Origin: Paragordius varius
Taxonomy: Eukaryota; Animalia; Nematomorpha
Reading direction: 5' to 3'
DNA: 64,000 nucleotides
Assembly: GCA_964247055.1 (NCBI GenBank)
Contig: OZ176058.1
Span: forward strand, 3,100,001-3,164,000
Below are positions 23,301-36,769 of this stretch, in pieces. Position numbers and translations under genes: made by a program. Numbering within the stretch: the stretch's first letter is position 1; each line of letters opens with the position of its first letter. Under the pieces are notes generated by a model. That model was not told where the DNA came from. It saw nothing but the letters and a program-made list of their open reading frames with translations, and did no database searches.

Positions 23301-26300
23301 CAACAAGAACCAGCACTTTCTACAACAGAGGCACTGAGTAGTACACCAGAAATACCACTTAACTTTGCCTTTAACTTGCAAACTATTGTTTCAACTTTGT
23401 CTTCAAATACTGAGGTGGCTAGATCGCCAGATAACACGAGTCCCCTATATCAAGATTATGCGGATGTGTCAAATTACGATTATGATTACAATAGTAACAC
23501 TATTTCGCCTAATTCCAATTCTTTGCCAAGTACTGTTAGTAGTCCAGTAAAACCGATCACTTTGACAGAAGAAATTACGCAAACTTTGAGGTACAGTAAT
23601 TGAAATTATACACAAGAGTAAAAACGCAAAAATATAAAGACAGCCATATTTTTTGCTCAAAAAACCGCTATAAAATATTTTTGAATATAACTTGTTGTTT
23701 AAAATGACAATGTAGGTAGGCAATAGAGGTGTGTAACACAATGAATTATATATATAATTACAATTGTAATTAAAAATTACGGTTTAAAAATGAGGGTTAT
23801 CTTTTAAATAAAAATTTGATTTCAATTATTACCGCAATTAGTGGTACATCGCTTGGCATAGAAAACCCATCTACTCCTAATTCTGAGCGTTTAAACTCAA
23901 ATGGTCAAAGCGATGTAACTTCCTCAAGCCGCCCAGCTTTAGATTATTACGATGATTATGGGGATAACATAGCGATATCTACGATTTCTGGTATCTATCA
24001 AACGTTTTGATAATTTATTGTTAAGTTTTGAGCGTAAAAGCTACACCCTTTTAAACTATTATATGCCATTTACAATTCAATTTCACCCTTAAACAATAAT
24101 TCACCCTCGAACAATTCAAATTCACCCTTGAACAAATTAAATTCACCCTCAAATAAAATAAATGTTTTTTAAGATCAAAAATTACTTATATTTTATATAT
24201 TTTTTAAAATAAAAATTTTGTTTTAAATTAAAATAATACTGAAAAAATAATAAACTATACCACAACCATATATTTCATATTAATAATGAGTTATATTAGT
24301 TCAAAAACAGATAATTTATTTTTAGGGTGAATTTGAATTCAAGAGTGATTTTGAATTGTTCGAGGGTAAATTTGAACTGTAAATGGTATAAATAAGGCTT
24401 AGCTAATCATATTGGTAAAATATGTATATTAAACTGTAAAAAATGAAAGCATAAAAACTAAGAGAATATATTTTTAAAAGACAAACTTTTTTAACCATTA
24501 CATATTTCAATAAACACTCTATAATTACGATTTCGAATGTGAAACGTGTTCATTTTAAATTATGCGATTATAAACGATACTTCATAATCAATTTTATGGT
24601 TGTTTTAAAAAAAGATTTGTCATTTAAAGTTTGGTTGTTTAAATTTAATTTTAACTTATTCATAATTAAAAAGGATTATGAAATGATCCAAATATTGATT
24701 ATCTTATATTTTTGGTGATTTTACAATTCATAAATTAAATTTCAAAAATACTATTAACAAATTATTAGAATCAACTAATACTTTTTCAACAATTATGCTT
24801 TTATTACAACTGAATGAATATATTGGATTTTAATTTGACATAACGTCGATCTCATAATCTCTGTATAATACAAAATATAGCATCAATACATGGAAATGAA
24901 AATAGACCAGCATTCTTAACTACAAACGAAACAACTCAAATCCCAGATTATTATGATGAAACAATTAACGGCGGTCTTATAACGCTATCTAGTACCAGTA
25001 TAGCGCCAAGTTAATTTTATTTTTTAGTGAAAATTGAATTTATACGGACGAAACGTAACTATATAAAGACAAATATTTCATCTAAAAGACAACCATACTT
25101 TTATTAACCTTAATTTTTCTTATATAAGTTTGGTTACAATCGTAAAATATAGAATTGATTGTTTTAGTAATTTATATATCTATTTCAGACTTTGTCATTT
25201 AAAACAATGAGTTATATATCTAGGTTTAAAGAGTAAGGTTGTATTTTAGAAAAAAATATGTTTTTAGATTTTTACGTTTTGTCCGTATAATATCACTGTA
25301 TTTTTGGTAAAAATTAATTTAGGTTAACAAAATTGGCCATTTTTTAATAAATTTTTAATAGTTTGTATTTATATATTTTTTCGGCCGGAAAAATCGAATT
25401 TAGTAAAAATTAATATTGCACAGACAAAAAAATTTAAAGACAATTTTTTCAAAAAAGACACCCATATTTTTGATATCTTGATTTTTTTATAAAAAACATT
25501 CTTTAGTATTGCAAAATATGGTAGAATCATATATTGGTAACAATTATGTTTTTTACAATTTTTAGTAATTGATTTTACAGAAATAATTGAGGTTTAAAAA
25601 GTAACATTGTCTTTTGCACAAAATATTTGTCTTTTTATTTTTACGTTTTGTCCGTATAACTTCAATTTTTACTGTTAGTTACTAAATTAACCTTCCGATT
25701 CAACTAATTTTTATTTAACAGTATTATAAAATATATAAATAATCAAGATTGAAAAAGTATGGATTTAATTAAAAATATCAGTCTTTTAACTTTTACTTTT
25801 TTTTCGTAGCAGATACTAATCGGGTCCAAAATATAGAGACAACGTCGCCTCAAACTCAAGTCGAAAACCTCACCCCCGATTATTATTATGAATATGATGA
25901 AGTTGTAACTCAACAAACCACATTGGCGCCGCCCATTAACGTTTTGAATGCTGGTAAATATTTCTTTGATATTTTGGGTCTAAAATAACTAAGTATAATA
26001 GAATGGTTCCTTGCATTTGTTTTAGGAACCTTTTCATGTAAATTGAATAATGGCTGTTTACATTAAAGATTAAAATTATACAGCAAAAATAGTTTTTGAC
26101 AATCATACTTTTTTAAAACTCTTTGACACATAAAATAATTATTTTGTAATTAAGTGTATTATTAATTTACATCCTTAGTTAAAAAAGTAAGTTTAAAAAA
26201 ATTTGGGTATCTTTCAAAAAATATATTTTATGATTTACGTTTCTGTTATTTTATCGTAAATTGTATCTTTAAAGCTTTAATAATGTTAAAACTATTATAT

Positions 26301-29300
26301 AGGCCAGTTAACCTCCCAATCTATTTCATATATGGATTGTAAAATCTTCGAAAGCGCTTATCATATTTTGATAAAGATTATCTTTTCATTTTTAACAACT
26401 TCATAGAGAACCTATTGCTATTTATATTTAAATTTTTTTGAAAACTTTTTTGATCAAATATATAGTAAAAATACTTTTTTTCGCAATTTAATAGACGGAT
26501 TTAAAACAACGTCAGTGGATTTATCAGGAACTGAAACAACACCAGCTAGGTCAGTTTTTACTGATTCAGCTTTCCAAGATTATTATTACGATGCTGATAT
26601 TTCGACTAACCGACCTACAATAATTACTTTCAGTGAAATACCTTCTGCTATTCGAGTTTTGGGCGACTCTGGGCTTTCTACCTCTCAGACCGAAAATACT
26701 TGTAAGATTTTATAAAATTTGTAAAATATTTTAGGGTATTTGTATTTTATCATTTATATAATATGATCATTTAATTTTGGACAATATTTATTTAAAATAG
26801 ATAAAATGATAAATTTTATTTTATAAGTTTGTGACACTTTTATATTTATTTTAAACTTTTATTGATGTTTTAATACATCAAAATTAAAATCATCTAAACA
26901 AAACGTGAAATTAAAAGTCAAATTTTTAGAAACACAACCATACTTTTTAAACCTTGATTTTCCCACATAAATTACAGTTTTGAATATGAGTTATATTACG
27001 TTTCTATATATTTTGCAGTTGGAGTTTTAAAAAATAAAAATCTTAAAATATAATCTTTTAAGAATATTACTTTTCTTTGAGTTTTAAGTTTTTTGGGTGA
27101 AAATTTTTTTTAGCCCCTGCGGATATAAAAACAATAAGCATTGCATTTGTCCCAGCAATTGAAACCTCTTTACCATCGAATACTGAAACAACTTCCATAA
27201 TACAATTTCAGGTATGTTTATGCATATTTGACGTTACAATATACCATTTACAGTTGAAATTCACCCTTGAACAATTCAAATTCACCCTCGAACAATTCAA
27301 ATTCACCCTTGAACAATTCAAATTCACCTTTGAACAATTCAAATTCACCCTAAAAATAAATTATGTATATTCGAACTAATACAACTCATTATTAATATGA
27401 AATATATGTTTATGTTATAGTTTATTATTTTACAGTATTATTTTAATTTAAAACCAAATCTATATTTTTTAAAAATATATGAAAATATTGGTAATTTTTA
27501 ATCTTAAAAAACATATATTTTATTTGAGGGAATTGTTTGAGGGTGGATTTGAATTGTTCAAGGGTGAATTTAAATTGTTCAAGAGTGAATTTGAATTGTT
27601 TAAGGGTGAAATTGAATTGTAAATGGTATATATAAATAAATTTCAAGCTAAACACGAAAAGTAAGATTAATATTTATATCAACTAAATTTTTGTAACTTA
27701 AACTTATATATGGTTTTGGATTTCAATTAGGATTTACCATTAGTAAAAATTTAGATTAGGTTTAAAATTTTAAGGACCATATAGAAAAATTTAGATTTAT
27801 ACGATTTATGAAAAGATGGGGAAAAAAAATAAGTTATAATTTATAATTTTAATACAAAATTTTATTCTATTTCATAAAAATTTGAAGATAAACAATATTT
27901 TTAGACAAAAGAACTCCCCTTCTCTCCAAGACCGGGGGCAATTGAACGAATCAGATTTAATGGGGGTCGAAAACATAAAAAACCCAAAGAAAAATCTGGT
28001 TATAAACCCACAAAAGGCGATTTCAAAAGTAGACAAAAACCTAAACCCTATGATAGATCTAATGGCATTTCAAATAATCGCATAAGTTATGGTAAACCGA
28101 GATTACCCTCAAAACCGAAAATGATTAATGATCTATATCCATCTCAAACAAAGGTGGACTTGATTTTCTGTCTAACAAAACCTTAAATACAATGTCCAAA
28201 ATATTTTAGTATAGTAACCCTCAAACATTAGAATAATATATAAAAAATAAAATTATAATTTGGTACTTATTATCACCATTTTCTAACCATTTATTTGGTT
28301 TTAAAATTTTAAGATAATTGGACCAAATTCAATATTATGGCGCATTTGCGATAAAACAGGTATTTATAAAAAAATAATTTTTATTTTATCTGAAATATTG
28401 TTCATCTCCTTCTATACATTTCGCCCATCTATATGAATGCCATGCTACAAAAAAAATTCGCTTTTTTCAGCAGACCATTGGCTAAACTTTTTATGACTTC
28501 AAAATTTTTAAAGTGCTGCTACGAGCACCATAAATGCGAAGAGGTATTAGTCTGGCGCTAGGTCAGAAAACTACAGAAAATGCAAGGGAAGTTCCCGAAG
28601 CGATTTTCCGTTCTGTATGAGACTGTCATGTGATAAAATCACTTTGCCATTCCGGTGGTTATTTTAATAAAGCAGTTGTTCAATTAATTTGTTGGCAATA
28701 GCTTTGTGCATTAACGGTTTTCCTGGGAGTTTATACTACAAAATACGGTTCTGGTCCCATCTGACAATGAGCACGGTTTTTTTGCCGAAGCCATTTTTAG
28801 TGTTGATAAACCGAGTTGGCTACGTATAACATTTTTTTTCGCTTTAATTATACAAAAAAGTCAATTTTTTACCACCCGTCGTCACAAATCAATGAGAATA
28901 TGATTTCCTTCCTAAACATTGAAGCCGGATTTTAACAGTAACTTTGTGATTTTTCATTTTTGTTAATGTAAATTGTGTGGGACCCATTTATCGAGTTTAT
29001 TGGTTTCCTCTACACTCCTTAAAGTTTGCTGGTCGTTTATGTAAAAAATATATAATAGTCTGCAAGTTGCCATTGACTTAGAGTTGGGTAATCATCCAAT
29101 AACTCTTAAATTAATAGTTTTTGCATCGTTGTGTAGTTAAAATAAAAAGACTATAAAATAGATGATAAGTCTTTTTGTTTTAACTACTCAACTGGGGTCT
29201 TTTCTTTTACACACATTAATATTTATTTTTGACACTATGTTTTCTGTGTTTAATCCATATGATTTTACCATCAAACAATAACTTTTTAACGTCCATTTTC

Positions 29301-32300
29301 TTTTGATAAAATAAGTAAAACAATGCTTGTCACAAATGTTCTTTTTTGGGTATGAAATTTGTTTGTGATTAAAATTTAATTGTAGTTTTTGTCTGTCGGT
29401 TAATGTCAAATGAAAAAAGATGTCAGATTATAATAGTCTGCGTAGTTTTTGCTAGTATTATATAATTAAACCGATAACAACTTACATCTGGTAGGGCTTC
29501 AAGATTGCGCACACAATCAAATTATGAAAGATTTTATCTTAAAATTATCTATATATTAAACCATCATTTAAATCCATTCTTAATTATAATTTCTTGTGAT
29601 TATAATAGCCTACAGTTAATCCCAATTATAGACAAAAGTATGTGAAACCTGCAGTGGAGAAGAAAAAACCAAGGCCGAAACCCAAACAACTTAACAAGGG
29701 TATATTATATTTCACTTATACAGTAAAAACTGTTATAATACAGACACAACATAAAAAGTAATGTACAAATATTAAAGACATCCATAACCTGATGTTAGTG
29801 ATATCCCTCATCGTTTTGACTTAAATAAGGAATATAGATGTAAAATGATAAGCTATATATATTTATTTTAATTTGGTTTATAAGGGGAAAATGATTAGGT
29901 ATAGCTGTTTGAAAAAAATATTTCTCTTTATGTTTAACACTTATAAAACATATTCATTTTAGTCCTTCGATTCAAATTGGGGTAGTTGAATTCCCCAGGC
30001 TTGTTTGAAAATTAATTTCTCTAAAAAATATGTGAGGAATCATCACCATGGCAAATTGCACTATATAAACATGGATAAACCTAAATATAAAAAAAATTTC
30101 ATTTAAAAATGCTTGATATTACTTAATTTATAAAACCCAAAGGTAAAAATTTGGTTAACGTGACATGTGAATAGTAAAATTGAAAAATAATACAAAATAA
30201 ACCGCTTTTTTTATTTCTATCAATGTTAGATGTAATTAAATTTAAAATTAGTTTTAATTATACCCTTAAAATGAATACGATATTTTGCAAAAATTTTGCA
30301 AATTCAAAATGGCGCTGAAGTAGTTTGACATGGAGCTATTTTTTCAAAACAAAATTTTATTTAGATATTTTGGCATATTTATATATATTAGGATAGAAGC
30401 ATAATTTTAAATTAAGACCGTTTCCTTTGGTAGTTTTTAAAATTCCTAACTCAAATTTAGTCTGGGGTATTTAGATACCCCAATTTGAATCGAAATGTTA
30501 AACTTAGTAAGTATAATACCAATTTATACTATATATTTTAATTTATAAATATAAAATTCCCTTTTAATTTAAATTATATAAAAATAATTACCATAAAAAG
30601 ATAAAATGGGTATTTTAATTAACCTATTATATGATAAATTGAATAGTTTAAAAAATTGCAATAGAAAAAGTTTAATTTCAATTTTTATAGCCAAAAAATT
30701 TATTTACACTTCAGGTTTTTATCGCTAAAAAGTGTTTCAATTTGATTATTTTACACCTAAATAACCATATATCCCAATTTTTTAAGTGTGAAGAAAAACG
30801 CTAAAAATTTAAACATAAGCCAAAAAATTTCATGTATGCAACTTATATTTAAATATTAAATAAACTGTATTATTCAAATAAGATGAATCAATAATATTTA
30901 TATAGATAGAGTGTAATAACAACAATATTATAAGTTTTGAAAGACCGCTTTTGTCAAACCATAATATTTTAAAAGTTATCGTTTTGAACTGAATAAGTTA
31001 CTATTACTAATCACCAATAATGCTCTTTGATAGCAATAATTAATGAGAAACAGGCAATATATGTACTAATACCATTTGCACTTCAAGAGTATACTTGAAA
31101 ACTTCAAGTTGGTCCCTACACATTTCAATTTGTTGGTCTTTATATAATTCAATTTGGTCGTTCGAATTTTAAATTGGTTTTTAACTTTCATCGATCAAAA
31201 TGTAATATATTCATATATTTTATCATATTTAACCTATTTTCTTGATATAACCCAACTTGTAAATTATATCAACTTTTGATCATTCAGAAACCATATATTT
31301 TTATAATTTAAAAATTTCTTTTTATAGTTTAACATGTAATCGTAAAAAATATAGATAGGTTTTTGGGGTTATTTATTACTTTCCGTAGAAAACATTAATA
31401 AATAAATTATATTATAATTACGAAACAAAAAAGTCGTTTTGAAGAAAAATAATTTATAAATTAATGTTTAATACATCAAGAAAATTAGGGAAATACATAT
31501 ATAAATACATTTAAAATGATAAAACCCAAACTTAAAACGTTTAGGGATTATAAAGATTTTATGTGGTTGGAATCTTACCGACGTAATCAAGGTTTAAAGC
31601 TAAAAATATCTGTTTGATTTTTTACTTTTTAAAATATTAAATTTTTACTGTTTATTACAAATAGTATACATACATTATTTTCAGAAAAGAAGTATAAACC
31701 TAAATCTTCAGGGTCGCGTTTACCCATAAACATTCAACGGAATCGATATTATCAAAATATTCGCAAGATGCAACAAAATAGGAAACAGAACAAAAATGAT
31801 AATAGTTATAAAAGTAATCAACCTTCAAACAATGAGCAAAGACCTAACTCCTACAATAGCAATCGGTTTTCTCAAAATAGTGGTTTAAAACAAAATAATT
31901 ACGGTTTCCGAAAAGCTCCAAATAGAAGACCTCATACAAGCGGAAAATCTTATGGAAACAATGTAAGCCAACCAAAACATAAAACATTTTATGTTAAATA
32001 CGTTCCCATAAACACAAAAACCAACAATTTTGCATCACAAAGTCGAACTCAAACTCAAACTCAAAATGATTCGCCCAACAGTCTTCCATACTATTTAAGA
32101 AATCGGGTTCAAGATTCTGACCGTAGACCTCAAAATCACGAGTCGAAAATCACTAGTAATTATGATAATTATGTTGTCCCTAGTCAACAGAATGATAAAA
32201 ACTATGAAATACCGCCTTCGCGTTATGAAAATATTGGAAAATCTTGGGACAAACAACAAAAGTTCCAAGCAAAACCTTCGTCTTCAGATTGTGAAGGTCA

Positions 32301-32310
32301 ACTCAAATGA
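20323..32310 (+). CDS. Uncharacterised secreted low-complexity (mucin-like) protein, ~854 aa, 9 exons
   Basis: Exons 20323-21160, 23308-23590, 23842-23990, 24881-25009, 25810-25953, 26495-26701, 27114-27211, 29609-29699, 31685-32310; GT-AG introns with compatible phases. Hydrophobic N-terminus MNFFQTFSFLYIFLAVNYAYISA resembles a signal peptide. Exons are GC-richer than flanks and share S/T/P composition and D-Y-Y motifs. The exon 2/3 junction has an alternative phase-1 solution and the 3' end could splice further. Confidence 0.75.
22006..22285. mobile_element. MITE family B, 280 bp
   Basis: TA|CAGTAAAAATTGAAT ... TTACTG|TA with ~90-bp imperfect TIRs. Confidence 0.85.
24066..24386. mobile_element. 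MITE family A
   Basis: CCATTTACAATTC ... 21-bp repeats ... GTAAATGG|ta. Confidence 0.8.
25025..25674. mobile_element. Two adjacent family B MITEs (25025-25298, ~25401-25674)
   Basis: Each carries the TATACGGAC(A/G)AAACG / CGTTTTGTCCGTATA inverted cores and ends in ACTG. Confidence 0.7.
27244..27626. mobile_element. MITE family A with expanded 21-bp repeats
   Basis: ta|CCATTTACAG ... (AACAATTCAAATTCACCCTTG)n ... mirrored repeats ... GTAAATGG|ta; explains the spurious ORF 27443-27655. Confidence 0.85.
28388..28930 (-). mobile_element. Decayed mariner (Mos1-like) transposase fragment
   Basis: Minus-strand peptides IVTTGGKK(L)TFL, KTVLIVRWDQ, PGKTVNAQSYCQQI, KVILSHD, DLAP-D*YLFAFM, HGIH, RWAKCIEGDEQYF are colinear with Mos1-type IVTGDEKW, KTMLCVWWDQ, GETVNAARYQQQL, VIFLHDN, SPDLAPSDYHLFASM, RWEKCVASDGKYF. 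Many stops and frameshifts. Confidence 0.8.
29963..30497. mobile_element. MITE family C (piggyBac-like)
   Basis: TCCTTCGATTCAAATTGGGGTA ... CCCCAATTTGAATCGAAATG|TTAA. Confidence 0.8.
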
Positions 32311-34588
32311 TTGCACAATGTTCGCTTTTTTATTATAATACAGTTATACTTTAAAACATAAAAGGTTTATTGTGCTTATATGGAAACCCGTATTTTTTAC
32401 ATTGTTTCTTTATTTACTAATTATCGGTTTGGATTGTTAAGTTTAAATATGTGCATTGGTAACACACTTAATTTCATAATCAATTTTACTCATATAGATG
32501 CAAATAGAAAAATAGTCGTTTTTATTGGAAAAAATTGTGTTTATTTAATTAAATATTTATTTTATTCACAATATTGTATTGCAGTACTTATGTTTCAATA
32601 GGTTTTATTTATTCAAAATACATATTTGGAATTGTGCAGTTATTTTATGTATTTTATAACAATTATTAAATTATTTTATAGTTTTAGGGCAAAACAAAAA
32701 TAAATATATATTATTTTATGCGAATACTACGGGTTTATAATTTAGCCAAAATTTAATTATAAAACTTGAAATGAATGTTTCTAGAGTCACAATTAGAATG
32801 GCTCAAAACATTTTCAAAGTATACAGTTGATATAAAAAATATTAATTTGCTGCAAAAATGTTAAAATTAAATTAATATTTTATATATCATAATACACATT
32901 AATTTGCCTGTGGTATTAATGATTTTAATATTTTATTGGTTAACAAATGTTTTTGAAAAAAAATCTGAAACCTCCCCAAAAAGGCTACACAATGCATTTT
33001 TAAATTTGACCCAATATTTTAAAGGCTATATGTAAATTTTAGATGGCGTTAGAGTAGATACTACCTTAAAGGGTAATGATTTGTATTACCATTTATAATG
33101 TAAAATTATCCGATTAATTATTGGATATATGGAGAAAACAAATGTTCATTTCTAAAAATATCATTAGAATATAAATATTTACAAGCAATAAATAATTAAT
33201 GTTTAAAATTTATTAGGCTCCGAAAAAGTTGTAAATTTTTTGACCCCAGTTGAAATGGTTTTTTTATAATAAATCCAAAAATGCCGGGATTTTCACGAAT
33301 TTTTACATTTATTAGTTTTAAAGTGCGGATTCTGATATATTTACGATTATAACAAATAGCATATACCAAAATCAATAATTAATGAATTTTATTAATCTAT
33401 TAAATTGTAACTAAGGGCGGGATAAATCACTTTTGTGTTAGTCAAGTGTGATAAGTTGATCAAGTGTACTTAAGTCAGCAAGTGTACACTTGAAGATCAA
33501 TGATAAAAAACATTTAAGTCAAGTCTTTTGCTTAAAATGTAACATTTTTTGCAACCCAATTTAAATTATACGGAAATTCTGAGCATTTTCAGCCATAATT
33601 TATGAAATAAGGCACAAAACAATAAATCATTACAATATGCATTAATTGAAGTTTTTATTTTAAACTCAGTAACACGTATCTTAATAGATATTATATAGAT
33701 TTTTTCAAATATTGGGACCTGTACTAAAATTTTTAAATTAATGAGATCTTTCGCCTTTAAAACACTTCTATTATTTTACCACACTACTCATTTTGTTAGG
33801 AGTCCATTTGCAAATATAATGGGAGGATGTTTGCACAATATAACAATATTATTTTTAATCGAATATCAATACATTTAAAAGATTTATAATAAAATATACT
33901 CTTTACATGTTTTTATGGTGAAGTAACCTTTTGCGTTTATTATTTTATGTAAAACGAAGTTATAAAAATTTTAAACAAGATTAATATTAAATTATTAATT
34001 TTTATTTTCAAGAATCAAATTTTTTTGCGGGTTCACCGAATGGATAAATATAACATATATTTATATGCGTTCTTCTTAAGTATTAGCAAAGTTATATAAA
34101 AATTTGTCCTCTTTTGTATCCATCCAATTTGAATAGGTTAATTAGCCAAAAATTATCAAATAAACAGTTTATAGCTTTAAGAAAGGATTAAATTAAGCCT
34201 AAATTACATACATAATTTGTTTCCAAAATAATTTTATCCATATTTTTAAATGTGTCAAGTGTGCCCTACACACTTGCCAAATCTCTGTTTTACCTGATCA
34301 TATGATTTTTAATTATCCACCAGAATCAAGTTTTATATTGCTCAACTTATTTTTATCACATGTCAAGCCATGACTTGAAAAAGCTAATTAAAAAACTATC
34401 ACTCCACCCTAATGGTCTAATTAATTGCCAAAATATACATTTATTTGCCTATTGTATTAGGGCTGCACAAAAATATGAAGAAATGGGGGTAAAGAGACAG
34501 GGATTTATTACAATATTAAATAGTTTTTTAAATCATGCACCAAAAAAATTAAAGCATATTAAATTTAATGCTAACAATATTTTTCAAA

Positions 34589-35139
34589 CACTTCGATTCA
34601 AATTGGGATATTTAAATACCCCAGACTAAATTTGAATTAGGATTTTTAAAAAACTACTGAAGGAAACGGTCCGAATTTAAATTTATGCTTCTATCCCAAT
34701 AAAAATTATTGAAATATGCCAAAATATCTAAGTAAAATTTTGTTTTGAAAAAAAAGTTCCATGTCCAATTATTTCGACGCCATTTTTATTTTACAAAATT
34801 TTTTGCAAAATACGTCTTCATTTAATTTTAAGAGTAAATTTACTAATTTTTTATTTAAATTACATCTAACATTGATAGAAATAGAAAAAGCCGTTTTTTA
34901 TATTATTTTTCTATTTTACTATTGCTCATATGTCATGTTGTCTAAATTTTGACCTTTCGGTTTTAGGTTAAAATAAGTAATATCAAATATTTTTAATTAT
35001 ATTTTTTTATATATTTGGATTTATTAATATTATATAAGTGCAAAATTTTGCCATGGTTTCGATTCCTTCCATATTTCTTAAAGAATTTAATTTTAAGCAG
35101 GCCTGGAGTATTTAACATACCCCAATTTGAATCGAAGGA
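34589..35139. mobile_element. MITE family C (piggyBac-like)
   Basis: CACTTCGATTCAAATTGGG ... CCCCAATTTGAATCGAAGGA|TTAA. Confidence 0.8.
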
Positions 35140-35573
35140 TTAATATGAATGTGTTGTATACAAGTGTTAAATTACCTTTGGGTAAACTATTTTCAGACCA
35201 TATATAAATTTTCACAGTTAAAAAGCTACAGAGATGTCAAATTTATACGATCCTCCTAACACACCTTTTCATTTTTTGTCCTAGTTTACATTTTGGGATT
35301 TCATATCCTAGATCTCAATTTCAAAAAACTACGTTTTAAAGTTATTTTAGTTAAAATGGATCATCATCCTTGTTTTCATGTATTACATAAAAACCTTATA
35401 TATTTTACAGTTTTGTGACTTAAAATTGGGACAGCTCCGATCGAAAAACAGTTGATATTAAAATCAAAACATAAGTTTTTGCTGGTAAAATGTAGCATTT
35501 TCTCACCCAATATGCATTGCATTTATTTTGTTTCATTAACTATTAACACTTGGATACAACACATGCATTTTAA

Positions 35574-36104
35574 TCCCTCAATTATTGGGGTAGTTGGATA
35601 CTCGAGGCCTGTTTAAAATTAAATAATTCATATAGTATGAAATGAATTGGAATTCTGGAAAAAATTTGACATTTATTACATTTATTAACACTAATATATA
35701 AATTCATTTAAAAATACTTGATACTACTTATTTTTACCTAAAACCTTAAGGTAAAAATTTGGTCAGCATGACATGTGTGCATTAGCTAAATTTAAAAAAA
35801 TATAAAAAATGAACCATTTTTTCTTTGTTTATTAATGATGTGTTTAAATAAAAAATTAGCTTTCATTATAGCTTTGAAATCAAATAAGCACTATAATTTG
35901 TAAAAATGTTGTAAAATAATATGGCGTCGAAGTAGTTTGACATGGAACTTTTTTTTAAAACAAATTTAGATATTTCAGCTTATTTATATAATTTTGATTA
36001 AGATAGAAGCATAAATTTTTGGGACCATTTCTTTCAGCGTTTTTTAAAAATATAGATTTCAATATAGTCTGGGCTATTTAGACACCCCAATCTGAATCGA
36101 AGCG
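35574..36104. mobile_element. MITE family C (piggyBac-like), opposite orientation to the 34589 copy
   Basis: TTAA|TCCCTCAATTATTGGGGTA ... CCCCAATCTGAATCGAAGCG|TTAA; internal sequence is the reverse complement of 34589-35139. Confidence 0.75.
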
Positions 36105-36404
36105 TTAAAAAATTTATAAAAAATGGAAAAGTTTTTTTACTTTTTAGGAAAATTGAATAAAGTGCCCAAAGAACTTATTGGGATATTTTTGTAATGTGGG
36201 TTAATAACTCAAATACTTTTCAATATTTTAAGCTCTGGGACATAAAACTACCTCAAAACAGACTTTAAATGAAAACACTATTTTACTCTATACGAACACG
36301 TGGATAGAATTTAAGAAGATAATTTTGTACAATACATTTTGTAATTTCAGTATAATAATCTGAATTTTTACACCACCAAATATAATAATAATTTTTTTAA
36401 ATTT

Positions 36405-36649
36405 ACATTTAAAATCAAAATTATACGGACAAAATGTAAAAATATGAAGACAAATTTTCTAATTGGCAACCATAATATTTAATTTTGCTTTATTTTAATA
36501 TAACTTATTGTTTAAATGGCAAAACGTAAAACAGAAATATATAAAATAGCTTATATAATAAAAATCAAGGTTTACAAAATATGGTTGTCTTTAAGATAGA
36601 AATTATCTTTACATTTTTACATTTTGTCCGTATAGTTTCAATTTTACTG
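36405..36649. mobile_element. MITE family B, ending ~120 bp upstream of the DHX9-like start codon
   Basis: TTATACGGACAAAATG ... ATTTTGTCCGTATAGTTTCAATTTTACTG. Confidence 0.7.
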
Positions 36650-36769
36650 TTTTTTTTACAAGCCTGTTACTTTTTCATATTCGCTTTTTTTTCGCCATGC
36701 TGTTCAACTTTTGAACCACCATTGTCTATTTAAAAATTTGAATGAAAAATACAATAACGAAAATTTGAT

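Noticed and set aside
27244-27626. 21-bp direct repeats as a CRISPR-like array, or the EQFKFTL repeat proteins (ORFs 27443, 42627, 62254)
   Set aside because: The repeats are contiguous without unique spacers and are mirrored within MITE arms in eukaryotic introns; the ORFs arise because 21 is a multiple of 3.
34360-34629. 89-aa ORF between the secreted gene and the DHX9-like gene
   Set aside because: No recognisable motif, and its 3' end runs into a family C MITE TIR.
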